Shown one piece after another: positions 33,833 through 46,399 of a stretch of DNA of 64,000 nucleotides (the stretch's first letter is position 1; each line of letters begins with the position of its first letter). The position numbers were made by a program, and so were the translations under genes. The notes below the pieces were generated by a model that was given only the letters and a program-made list of their open reading frames with translations, did not search any database and was not told the DNA's origin. Source of the stretch: Podarcis cretensis (lineage: Eukaryota); assembly GCA_951804945.1 (NCBI GenBank), contig OX638149.1:31744001-31808000 (forward strand), read 5' to 3'.

Positions 33833-34514
33833 TCCACTTGGCTTATCGCCCACCAATTCCAGAAAGGACGACAATGACCTCGTGTGAAATCAAACTGCAA
33901 CACCATGAGAAGCTGAGTGTGTACTCCATATAGTGAAGGGGATTTCAACGTACTCACCAGCATGACAGAAAAAAGTAAGTTGGCTTGGAGATGTTCCATT
34001 TTGGTATTTGAGCTTTTCAGGGGTGGGAAACGTAGCTCTAGCACTAATATGGATTCAGGACAAGAAAACACTCCCCCCACTTTAGTTAAAAGTGGAAATG
34101 TTATTGAGTGCTTTCTTCTTTCCTCAGTTAAAAATTCAGAAAAAGTTCCGCCCAACATGACGTATGCCTGGCACAAGCAAGGACCGCTCCTTTTCTGCAG
34201 CATGGAGTGGATAGGCCCTATTTTCTTAAAGACTGCCATAAAAAGTAGCTAAAAAATTGCATATATTTTTTGGCCTAAAAAGCTCAACAACTGTCCGGAT
34301 TTTCACTGTTTGAAATATGGCAACCCTATTTTATGACATTTCAAGTTAACTGAGGTCATGGCTGAAAACTGATTCCTGTATTGCAGGGGGTCGACAAGAT
34401 GACCCTTTGGGTCCCTTCCAACTCTACAATTCCATGATTCTTGTCAGGGCAGACAAGTTACAATGCAAAAGGAAAACCAAAAAAAGGTTGGCTGCAATGC
34501 CTTGCTTCTCTCAC

Positions 34515-34600
34515 CTTTGGAGTTTGTGAGTGGCTCACAGGATTTAGCACTGTTAAGGCTATTCTGGAATCCATTCAGATGCCCTTCTGTGGAGGTTGCC
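34515..34600 (-). CDS. TTLL5: TTLL5 exon (86 nt, phase 2 to 1) with TAGCAG tandem acceptor
   Basis: Encodes (K)ATSTEGHLNGFQNSLNSAKSCEPLTNSK, compared with recalled human [28 protein letters not shown]. Donor AAG|GTGAGA. Confidence 0.9.
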
Positions 34601-37600
34601 CTGCTAGACAAAACACTGAATTAGAGGATAGCACAAACCCATGTATGAGAGGGAAAATACATCTCTAAAGGGTAAAGCCATTCTAGTATTCATTAACAGA
34701 TGAACCAAATGGTTTATTTCTTCGCATAATCAATGTGTAGTTGTCAGGAACATACAAATCAACCTCATGCCACATCAGACTATTTTGTCCCATCTAGACC
34801 TATGCAGTCTATTTTATTTTAAATTAAGTCCCTAAAAAAAGCATTTCTAAGCTACTTAAATCTTTTAAAATTGGTATACTAAAATGACAAAAACATAGTA
34901 AAACACGGTTATAGAAGCAGATAAAAAGAAGAGCAGCCCCAGCCTTCCCCAACCTGCTGCTGTTCATATAAATGGGCCCCCCAACTTCCAGCGCCAGTGA
35001 CCATGATCCATGGTCAGAGACGATGGGAGCTGATGTCCAAAACATCTGGAGGAGTCTAGATTCAGAGATGGTTGGGCTACTCAAAATGGATTCAGTTCTC
35101 AAATAATTCATGCAGAATCCATAATCAATTTCCTATGAACAATTCAGATGTTCTTCCATGAAGTAGTGCTTCAGTTCCAGGAATGTTTCATTTAGGCAGG
35201 ACTTGTGTTCAGTGAATATCAAAACAAACAAATCATTAAAAAAATGAGGCAATGTGAAGGGTAACCCGGCTACTTAAAGATTTTCAATTAATGCTGTATG
35301 TACCAATTCAGTTATTGAATTCAGAAAGGAGCACATTTTCATTACAGCTCAAGTACATCTCAAGAAAACTGACAGCAAGGTGCCACATGCAATGCCTCTG
35401 TCAGGATTTCTCCATTTTGCTAGCTAGAAGCTGAAAATATGGGTCTTCCTCAGAACTTGAAGACCGTTCCCTGCTCAAGCAGCACCCATCATTTGCCTGA
35501 CGATACATCAATAAACTTAACACACAATGGTGCAGAGATAGAAGTACACAGAGACAGAGTAAGTGAAGCAAGCAGCTTCCATTTTGGTGGGTTGCACAGT
35601 GCTTTTCTTCCTTATTAATTAATTCATGGAAGCAAACAAAAACCAAAAAACCTGCATGCAGTAGACACAGAGAATAAAATATTCCAGCCTAAAAAAAAGA
35701 AAACTTTCAGTCTGACAAGTGGCAGAAATGAAAATATATATACAGTTATAAAACAGATTCAGCGTAGGGACAGAATGGATGGGTCAAATTACTTTCAATG
35801 TATGAAAACTGTAAGATACTGGACTGTATCTTTGCTATTTTGCAGATGTAATGAGAACTTGATATATGCATATGTAATGTACTAGATTATGTATTTTACT
35901 TTTTTTTAAAAAACGGCCCTACAAGAAGTTACAGACCCAGCTCAAAAGATCTACAAGTTCCATTATCGAATTCATATTCAGACATAACGTAGACATAAAC
36001 TGGGTCATTTTCCATCCGAAAATTAAAATCTGAAGCAACCCCAAGGCATTTTGTCAGGTGAAAAGCATTGCATTTTTTCTCACTGCAGCATTTTGAATTA
36101 ACACTGCTGCATTAAGAACTGCCTTCTTCTCCCATCTCTGAGCCCTACCCTCTACCTCTTTTTCAGCCTAATAAGTTGCTATATTTAAAATTACAATCTT
36201 TGCACAGATGACTCAGAAGTATTTCTCTATTTCTGACCTCTAAGCTTGGACTAATTTAATATCCCCAAATTCCACATGCTTTTAGATGTTCTGCTGGCAG
36301 ATAAACATATACTTTCCAATGGAGTTGCTGATCTTCCACTTGATCACAGGTCACTGCCTCCTCCTTTGTTTCCTGACAGCTGCATTTCCCCTAATTTCCA
36401 GATTTTTCTCTCTCTCTCTCTTTAGTACTCCTCTTCCTACCCATGGTTAGCCTTTTGCTGTTTCACTTTTCTTTATCTCCTTCCACACGTCGCTCACTTT
36501 CTCATTTGTCTAAATCAAAGTTCCTGTCCAAGTCCTATTCCAATGGCAGCTGATTCCAGGGGGTTGGAGAAGCAACACTAAAAGCTTGGTTTCTAGTAAA
36601 AATGAAGTGCACCTCTAGGGCATGCAGAACTCTCAGCAGTAACCAATCTGAGAAGCACACTTACCGGGCAACCCCTTAGCTAAACAGCTCCCAAATTGTT
36701 TAATGACACCAGTTTCACCCTAAATTCCATGACAGACTTGGCACTTCAGTAATTTGCAAGCACCTGGATCTCATCAAGAATTGATGTCTGGATTCCAGCA
36801 ACTGTTTCCTAGAGATTTGCCCTCAAGTTCATCAAGGAGCCTAGACAGATGTTTATCAAATACCAGAGGTCCAAAAAAGCACCCATGGTTTCTAACAGCT
36901 GTTCAGCACCTGGGGCACATCAGGATGATAGAGCCTCTCTCTTGGTGAGATGGTTGCTCATACATTGAGCCTGCCTACTGATCTAGAGGCACCATCCTGA
37001 CAAGGAACGAGCTCTGAGTTGCATCAACTCCTTTCCCTAGAAGCCTGAAGATGAATACAAATCCAGTGAGTTTGAATATTAGTGTCACAGGACTATCTGT
37101 AAATTTGCATTTTTCTCAACCTAATGATAGAGTTGTATTTCAATAAATAAACATTTATAACAATCCACCAAAGTCCCCAAACTTTTAATTCATAAGTTGC
37201 ATGTCTTTATAATGTTTGGGAGTTTCCTATTTTTTAAAAAAGGCAATTTACTCTTACAAATTAGGAGGTGATATATATAGCAAGAGATGAGCCTTCTTTG
37301 TCTAGTTCTTATTACCTTCCTCAGTGGGAAAAATATGCATGTGGTTGATGGAATGGGGAAGAGTCCTAACTAGGAGGTTCTCAAGCTATTCAAATATTGT
37401 TGAATTAGAAATATTCATCTTTAGGATATCCATCACATATTCAGCAATTTAAAAAAAATTCTCTTTTCTTCTAAAGATCATATGTGGTCCAACTGAGACT
37501 GGAATAATGAGATGGTTCAGAGATGTAATACAGATTTTAGGTTTTCTTTATTGCTCAAAGACAGTTTCTCCAGAAACCTTTGAAAAGAGATTTAATGGTT

Positions 37601-37709
37601 GTATCATATTATATCTATGATGAAATGGCAAAAAGACAAGGCAATAGGCAGCAGATTTGAGATAAAGAAAAATATATATCCAACATTGCACATATTTACA
37701 TGGGAATAG

Positions 37710-38053
37710 AGGTAAAGGTAAAGGGACCCCTGACCATTAGGTCCAGTTGTGGCCAACTCTGGGGTTGCAGCGCTCATCTCACTTTATTGGCCGAGGGAGC
37801 CAGCGTACAGTCATGTGGCCAGCATGACTAAGCTGCTTCTGGTGAACCAGAGCAGCGCATGGAAATGCTGTTTACCTTCCCACCGGAGCAGTACCTATTT
37901 ATCTATTTGCACTTCGTGCTTTCGAACTGCTAGGTTGGCAAGAGCAGGGACCAAACAACGGGAGCTCACCCCGTCGCGGGGATTCGAACCGCCAACCTTC
38001 TGAGCGGCAAGTTCTAGGCTCTGTGGTTTAACCCACAGCGCCACCTGGGTCCC
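37710..38053 (-). mobile_element. Full-length Sauria SINE with 15-bp TSD
   Basis: Same family as 33479. TSD TTTACATGGGAATAG at 37695-37709 and 38054-38068. Confidence 0.92.
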
Positions 38054-41000
38054 TTTACATGGGAATAGGCCTTCATTAAACACAAAGAATTATTTGCAAG
38101 TAAATGTGCCTAGAGGGGCATTGCAATTACCAAGACTAGAACACAACAAAGGTAAGTTTGTCCTCCAGAATACAGAATGGTATAACATGAACAGATCAAA
38201 GGAGTCATGTAGGCCAATATCTTGGTTCAACCTTTCCTTGAGAAGCTTCATGGAGACACATGCTCCACAACCTCCTGAGACAGCTTGTTCTGAACTGCAT
38301 GTTCTCTTGCTTATCTCAATACCTAGCACTGGAACTTGCACAGAAGTTTAGCAGATTCTTCCCCCACACCAGAGGAAAAATACTACTAACGTAGATTAAA
38401 AGCTTGAAGTATGAGTTTGTTTAGAACTTAATCCCTTCCTGTTAAGGATGGGAGTTTTTGGGGGGTGGGGTTTGACCAAACATAAAATCTCTTAGCATTT
38501 TCTCGCATGAGATGTAATGGAATTCTTGACAGTGGAGTTCAAAAGGCTGGAAATACCAACAAAGAACAAATGGTCTGTATTAAACGGCTGAAGAACAATG
38601 GAAAGCATAAGACTTGAAGCACCTAAGAAGTAGTTTTCATTTGAATTGTTTTTTAGTAAAAGGGAATCTCTCTTGCATATAGAACATGGGCTGTGTTCCC
38701 CCCCCCCCCTCTTGATTCTGTAAGAAAGACAAACTGGACAATAAAAAAGGACACATAGATCAGTGAAAGAGGTTTGGATGTGGTCAATCCCCCAGTTGTT
38801 CTGGAATATATTGGGGGCTCTCATTTCCGTGTAACTGAGAAAAGTCAGAATGTGATTCCACAAATTGCAAGAATAGACTTGGAGACTTATGCTAGAGTCT
38901 GAACAGCAACTCAGAAAGTATTTCCGGAATGGCTCCTTGCAGCCATCAGTAATTGGACTACACTCTGAAATTGTGAAGGAATCTTTTACTTTTTTCACCC
39001 TTCTATGCATTTTCGATGCTGAGCTTTTTCCGGTTTTCCCACACTTATGCCTGTCACAGAGCAGAAACCACAAGAACGCAGTAAAGTCAAGTCTGTCCAA
39101 GGAGCTGCAATTCCATCTCACAAGGATAAACATTCTCCCTGCCAATATGTGAGTACAGCACACCGGCATCTTCAAATACACATCTTGCTGCTTGGCAGAC
39201 AAACTCACTGAAAAGGCTTGTCACCTGAACTAACATGCATCACCCCCGGGACGGGGAGAGTCAAACAAAAGCTATTATCAGCACAGGACTATCGAAACAG
39301 GTATGGCTATCTGTACTAGTTGAACTGACCAATTTACTTAGGACCTGGATCCCATTTTAAAACGTGTCTGGAGGATAAGTCTCAAAAATATTTCAATTAG
39401 TAGTCCATCTTAACTCAGAGGCTCATGGTAGGTGAAAAGAAAGTTAATGTATAAAAATTGAAGGGGCAATCCTTCTAATGGAACAATAGTCTAAAAACCT
39501 GTAACCAGAAAGAAAGGAACAATGACACTGGTCTGTGCAGTGCACTAATCTCAGAGTTGGATGGTCAGGGAAGGAATTTTGGGCTTTTGTTTGTACTCAC
39601 AGTACGTTCGCACGTAGGAATCATTTGCAGTGTTTGGCAGTGAACACAGTTCTCCATCTTACACTCTTCTATGAAACAGAAGAGGCAGTGGCCATACCTG
39701 TTCATTGTTGGGAATTCCCCCCTATTCTCTTGTATTTTTCAAACAACACCTGTGCTACATAGACACCTTGTTACAAGAGAAGCCATGCAGACACACACTT
39801 ACATTGTGTGTGGTTGGGGTGGAGGCTTAGATACACCAGGCTACCAAATATTGGTATGTTTAAGTGCTAGAAGTTTCCAAACAACCATAACAGGCAGCAG
39901 GGATGGAGAAGGATTTTCTTTGGTCCACCATCAGATCAAACAAATTCAAAACTCTGTCTTTAAGAAGACCAGAATGTAGTTATTAAGCAGATGGTGTGTT
40001 GTGCCACTTTCTGCAATGCAGTTTAAGTTCAAAAAATGCTGATATACAAAGTATATACAACTGTGCATTTTAGGGAAATTCATACAATTTAAAAACCACT
40101 GGAGAATGGTTATACTAAGGAGTTGGGCTCTTAATACAGATTTTGGCCTGGCTGATAGACATGTGAGACACTGCTGGTCAGGAAATGTTGGTGGCTCCTC
40201 CTTCTGGCTGTGTTTATGTGCTCCAGAGGAGGCACCATCCTAAGGATTAAAGAAGCCCTTTAACAGGATGGTCCTTCCATCCCTATGGGTCATTATTACT
40301 TCATAGGATGCTGCACACTGATGCATCCATCACTGCAGCTACGCATATTTCACCTGATGTGAAGTCTGCCTAGTCCTATAGACTGGGGGAAGCGAAGCAA
40401 ACATCACAATTTACAACAATAAAGATTTATAATGCAACTCAATATCTCCAAAGATAGATAATATAATTTACGAGGAGCTTGGAGAGGCTTCTGTATAATG
40501 AGAGACTGAGAATAATGAATTAATGAGATTGTTTAGTCTAGGAAAGAGACAAGCAAGAAGCAGCATGATGGAGCACAAAATAACAAAATGGTCAAGGAAA
40601 GATAAGTCAGACTCCAACTTAATGACCTCCATAAAAATAGAAAGATGACAAGTTTACAAGCAACAATGATTTCAATACCTCTCCAGAAACTATACTGAAA
40701 CTAAAAACTGAGGACAATACAATATGAAATTGTTCTCACATTTAAAACATCAACAGTTAAGGTTTTTGTTAGGAGTCTACAGAAGTTACAAAAGCAGTCT
40801 ATCACACTGCAGGAAATAAAACATATCACCAGTACAGGGAGATAAGAATACACTTCTATATGTATTTAAGATCATTTGTTTTTAAAGCTTTCTTTGTAGC
40901 ATTAAATACAAGTAAGAGTGATACAGGATAATAGCTAAATTACACATTATTTTTTCAAACACAGATAAAGATCAGAACAAGCATACATCACAATACAGAA

Positions 41001-41439
41001 ATGCAAAGTTTTGTTGGCTCAAAATTAATGTATTAGAAATCCATGACAAAGAAAATGTACAGAAAGTGAAGTGTGCAATGAGGTCCTAGCAGGATGAATG
41101 CTAGAAGTGAGGAACTTTTGACGGCCTGCCATGTCTGTCCCACTGTGTCCTGCACACCTACTAATCATATGGAGATTGGAAATAAAGAGCAGGCAGGCAG
41201 ATTTCTTATTTCCGATTTTAGCACTAAGCACCATAGAGCTAAAATTGCAGATAAGTGGTTTGACTGCTCTTTAATATTAAAAAAACAGAATTTCTGCCTA
41301 TTCCCACTCCAATGTTGGAGTGGGGCTAGGAAGCAAGGCTGAGTTTTACTCTACCTCCAGACTTAGTACTGTGGTACATAGTGGTAATGCTGGAGGGGGG
41401 GGGGAATCCCTGTCTGCTCTTTAGTGATACTGTCTATAG

Positions 41440-42051
41440 CAGGGGTCGGCAAACTAAGGCCTGTGGGCCGGATCAGGCCCAATTGCCCTCTGGACCCAGC
41501 CCATGGACGGTCCTAGAATCGCCGCTTGGATCGGCGTGATCGTTCAGGCTGCACCTTTTTTTTTGCAATTTTGGGGGGGCACCTCCCCACACACACCATG
41601 GTGGCGCCTCCTCCCTCCTCCTCCTGGCTTCTTCCCGCCCTGCGGAGAAAGGGAGCTTGCTTTAATAGGTGCCAGCCAATTCACAGCCTCGCTGCCCGCG
41701 CCCTGAGGCGCAGCCCAGACTCGCCACCATCCCGCCGACCTCTCCATCCATGGCTGCGCTGTGGGCATCTTGACGGGCACATCGCGGGGCTTCGGCTGGA
41801 GCTTGGTGAGCCTGCTGGCCCAGTGCCTGGCACCTGGGAAAGCTGGCCCAGAAAGGAGAGGCGCCACCACCAACGCCGACTCCCAAATGCAGGCAGAGCA
41901 GCAGAGAAGGTGGGAAAGCGGGGGGGGGGGGAGAAGCCCCCCTCCACAGCATGCATATGTGCACATGTGTGTGCGTGTGCGCAGTTCGGCCCGCCACAAG
42001 GTCTGAGAGGTGGTGAACCAGCCCCCTCCTAAAAAGGTTTGCTGACCCCTG
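41440..42051. mobile_element. GC-rich non-autonomous hAT element
   Basis: TIRs CAGGGGTCGGCAAAC and GTTTGCTGACCCCTG. 8-bp TSD GTCTATAG / GTCTAAAG. Confidence 0.85.
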
Positions 42052-42284
42052 GTCTAAAGAGCAGGCAGAGGGATCTTGCTAGCCACCTCCACCCCTGGAG
42101 AGGAGGGCTGGAAATGGTGCCCTGCATGCCTGCTCTGTGTGTGCACTGTCTCTCTGCATTTTTGGTGCATGCAAATTTATTTTGTGCATGTTTGTTCTGT
42201 GATGTTGTGATTCCCAAAAGCTTGGTCAAGTGTGAATCAAGCCCTGGGGATGAAATAGATTCCCCACCCTGGCTGTATGCCATA

Positions 42285-42571
42285 GCAAATCCTTTCTCAA
42301 CTTTAGGTGCCCAGATGTTGTTGGACTACAACTCCCATCATCCCTAGCTAGTAGGACCAGTGGGTCAGGGATGATGGGAGTTGTAGGCCAACAACCTGGG
42401 GACCCAAGGTTGAAAAAGGCTGCCGTAGTGTATAGCAGTGATGGCGAAACTTGGCCTTCCAGCTGTTTTGGGACAACAACTCCCATCATCCCTAGTTAAC
42501 AGGACAAGTGGTCAGGGATGATAGGAACTGTAGTCCAAAAACAGCTGGAGGGCCAAGTTTGGCCATCACTG
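42285..42571. mobile_element. Two adjacent palindromic MITEs (about 42285-42423 and 42436-42571)
   Basis: Each is a long inverted repeat. The second has TIRs CAGTGATGGC / GCCATCACTG and TSD GTGTATAG / GTGTACAG. Confidence 0.85.
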
Positions 42572-42783
42572 GTGTACAGCAATTCATCTTATTTAGGTTA
42601 CTCTTTCCCCCACCTTCCTCAAACGAAAAAGAAAAAAAAACAGTTCTTAAAATTTATCTAATACGGTTACATCAAACAATCAGGACACCGCCCCCCCACC
42701 AAGGAAAAGTTAGTCATTTACTGCCAATGTTTCTCCATCACCATCTTTCAATAGCGAGTTCTGTTTCAGGAACACAAACTTAC

Positions 42784-43004
42784 TTGGAAATCCTCTGAGA
42801 TGCCACCTTCCTAATAACTGCTTGTCTATGGTTGGCTGGGGGCTTAGGGATCAAGTTTGAAGATGCACTCTGGGATGGCATCACCTTGTTCAGGTTCGGT
42901 ACCTTCTGGCTGCTAGAAATGGCACTTGATGTCCTGTGGGCACCAGAATTAGTTGATAGGGTCATAGAGCTGATGGTGGATGTTGGGAAGTTAGCAAACA
43001 GAGC
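42784..43004 (-). CDS. TTLL5: TTLL5 internal exon (221 nt, phase 0 to 2)
   Basis: Acceptor tttttttgctag. Encodes ALFANFPTSTISSMTLSTNSGAHRTSSAISSSQKVPNLNKVMPSQSASSNLIPKPPANHRQAVIRKVASQRIS, compared with recalled human [22 protein letters not shown]. Donor AA|GTAAGT. Confidence 0.93.
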
Positions 43005-43769
43005 CTAGCAAAAAAAGAAAGAAAGAAAGAAACGTAGATTTAATCTGCCTTCTATGACTAGGTAAGGAAGCAGATGTTATGTGTCCCGCCAGACCGTTTC
43101 TACTTGAAATTTACAATGCAATACTAACTTTACAAACACCTTGTTCTATAGTTCACCGTGCAATGAAAAAGTAATTGAATTTATGCTCTTCTCCAATATT
43201 TAGAGCCTTAAGATTCCTGATGTTTGCCAGATTATTGCTCAGTGCTGCCTTTGCATCTTCTCTAATTGCATGCGGACGAGGAGTTCTATCACCCAGTGGG
43301 AAGAGTCAACAAAGCAGCTTCTAACAGCATGACTGTCAGAGGCTGAAGAAAGGTCAGGACTGTTTTCCTTGGGGGCAGCAGACATCCAAAAGGCTTTTGT
43401 TTCTCTGGTGTGCTGTAATCCTGGCTGTTCTACACTCTAGCCAGCATACAGAATGACCTGAGCTTCTGGATTCAGCTTCAAAGAAAGCTATCCCACTGTG
43501 AGCCCCCTTAGTGTATGTTAGGAAGCCAGGGGAAGCTACTCTACAAACAAGACAGCAGCAAGTGAAGTCAGAGGTTTGACCACACAGCAAAAGAAGCCAG
43601 AGCTGGGAAAATCTTGACGCAGATAAATGGGGAAGAAAAATGAGAAAGAAGCTTTCATCTGCCATGGATCAGGTGCAATGAGGGAAGGACGCAAGAGCAA
43701 TTCAGGCATAAAAACAGTCAGATACGTACAGAACTATTAGTTTGCTGCCCATGTTTCTCCATCAACAGG

Positions 43770-43921
43770 GCCTGGGATAGCCGAGACAGTAGAGCACGAA
43801 ACTCTTAATCTCAGGGTCATGGGTTGAAGCCCCACATTGGGCAAAAGATCCCTGAATTGCAGAGTGCTGGGCTACTTGATCCTCATGGCGCCTTCCAGCT
43901 CTACAAATTCTATTATTCTAT
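43770..43921 (+). mobile_element. tRNA-Lys(CTT)-derived SINE with CR1-like 3' tail
   Basis: Degenerate tRNA-Lys head (CTCTTAATCTCAGGGTC...GCCCCACATTGGGC) fused to a ccttccagctctacaaattctattattcta tail. Confidence 0.8.
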
Positions 43922-46128
43922 TAGTTGTCCCAAGCAATATTTAATATGTCAGAGATCTGTAGCTTCTAAGGAGTGCCAAATGCAGTACAAACACAACCAT
44001 TTTTTAAACTGACAAATCAGAGTCCTGCTCTAAGGCTAAAGTGATGCATTTAGTTTGCTTACTGCTCCTCTTGAACAATCTCATTGGAGGGGGGAGGGAC
44101 ACACCAGATTTTCTGCTAACACAATTAGTATTTCGTGGTCAGCAAACAGTAGTTTGCCAGCCCAGAAAATTAATTGAAGAAAACAATCAACTAGCTGTTG
44201 AATAAAACAATCCAGAGGGAGCCAGATATTCTGCAGCATGGATTGTATCACATTTAATATGAACTTTTCCAACAAGCATTAAGTTGTTATAGGGTTGGAC
44301 TGGTATTGTTTTGATTTATGTTATTTCTCATGTGAAATATATTGGAAAATATTCTAGGCCTAACTACCCACACACACATAATGGGCAGAGACTATAGAAA
44401 CTGACAGCCAAATGGAATCTTCCCAAGAATTAATTTGTAAATGCCAATTGTTTATAAATTACCATATCTGAGCTTGGAGTGGTAAGTTCTATGTACATCA
44501 GGCTATAGAAAATACTGCCGTTTGAATTAATCTTCCCTGCTTCCAACCAATGGAGTGGAGTTAAAAATTCTTTCTACCACTATCAAATCTTAATGTAACC
44601 TGCCTTTCACTGTCCTCTCTTTTGAATCTTTGCCCTTATCCCAACCCTTCTGTTTTCCCAGTGCTTCCGACAGAAATCAGTCAAATCTGTAATCCTTTTG
44701 CATTAGTCATTATAACTGCTGAGTCCATATTTCTTGAGAATTCTAGAAAAGAATAAAAAATCCAAGCCAGCTGTCCACAAACTCCACACACATGGCCTTG
44801 GACCAATTGAAAATTGCTGCAGGTCTTAATGATTTTTCTGTCTGTTGTTTAGCGATTGTAATATCCTGCGCTAAATGAATGTCACAGACCACTGGTTGTC
44901 TAAGTACCATTCTTTGGAAATGATGGTGGTAATGATGATGATAATATTCTTTTGTACCCTGCTCATCAGACTGGGTTGCCCCAACCATACTGGGCTGCTC
45001 TAAGTTTACTTTAGACTGTTTTTCCTATTCTCTCTTCTAAGAAGGAGGATGTGGACCACATTTGCTACCCTGAACACTTTGGGGGAAGGGTGAGATAAAA
45101 ATGTAATAGATCTACAAGTTTACTTTTGAATTGTGAGCCCACCCATGAGGTGACATGAGGCAACTACCTTGGGTGGCAGAATCTACAGGGGCAGCAGATC
45201 CAGCCTCCGAGGAAAGCACTGCCCACCTCCACCACCACCACAGTGCCAGCAGCAGCTGCTGCACGCTCCTCAGAGTCTGGATCTACCACCTCCTCTGCAG
45301 CCCCACTGCCACATGAAGGTGAACCAATAGAACTGTGGCTGGCTCATCTCCCAAGGTCATTCATAGATTCCCCACTTGGAATCTCAACGGGGTACTATTT
45401 GCCCTGGCCAGTGCTCCATCTGAGCTCATGGCTTCCTGTTCCCTTGCATGTTGCTTTGGGTAAGCCCCCTGCTCCACCGCACTCCTGGGAAACAACTGTG
45501 CATTATTTGTTGAGGGCCGCCACTCTGACTGCCTGCAAGAGGAGTTCCCCTGTTTTGTATATCTGCAAGGTGACTACTTGGGCTTCACTGCACACTTTTG
45601 TAAAACACTAGAAAATAGAGACAAATTTTCTCAGTTGATGCAACATTTGACAGGAAAGTCCTCCAAGAGGGTTTTGCCATAGGAGGACCATATAGAGGAA
45701 GCCTGCTTGGCTCAGGGGGTACTGGTCTCTTCTATCTGCCTTAGGAATAGGCTCCAGACCTATTCAGCAAAAAACAGAATTTCTGTTTGAAGGTGGGGTT
45801 GGAGCACATTGCACCCACCTCTCCTTCCTGTGTGGCTGCTCTCTGGATTAGGGTGTGCTAGTCACAGCTTTTGCCAGCATCCTACATACTGCACATAATG
45901 TTTAGAGTTCTTGTTTCTCTCTTCTTGTACTCTTTAATTCTGCAGTGGAATTCTGCTGTTCTTCCTGCGATTCTTCAGTTTTGTCCTTACGAGTGGTGTC
46001 TTCAGAAGGATCTAATCGAGTTTTTTTAGAGTGGGTTGAGGAATTCGCTTTTGCTCTGCCAGTTAGTATAGAGAGCGGGAGAAATGCCTTGAAGACCCTG
46101 CATGCCTAGTCCAGTAGGAGGACTCATA

Positions 46129-46338
46129 CAGTGGTACCTCAGGTTAAGAACTTAATTCGTTCCGGAGGTCTATTCTTAACCTGAAACTGTTCTTAACCTG
46201 AAGCACCACTTTAGTTAATGGGGCCTCCTGCTACCGCCGCACGATTTCTCATCCTGAAGCAAAGTTCTTAACCCGATGTACTATTTCTGGGTTAGCGGAG
46301 TCTGTAACCTGAAGCATCTGTAACCCGAGGTACCACTG
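46129..46338. mobile_element. Tc1/mariner-type MITE, inverted relative to the 21741 and 50286 copies
   Basis: TA|CAGTGGTACCTCAGGTT...CCCGAGGTACCACTG|TA. Confidence 0.88.
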
Positions 46339-46399
46339 TACTTCCACTTTTCTTTTCATTTAGTAGGACTACCTCACTCTTCCCCTGAATGCCACCAGA

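Noticed and set aside
41503-42032. Cluster of GC-rich ORFs resembling a CpG-island gene
   Set aside because: Lies entirely within a hAT element with TIRs and TSD.
43770-43843. tRNA-Lys(CTT) gene
   Set aside because: D-arm, T-loop (TTGAA) and acceptor stem are degenerate, and it is fused to a CR1-like tail, so it is a SINE head.
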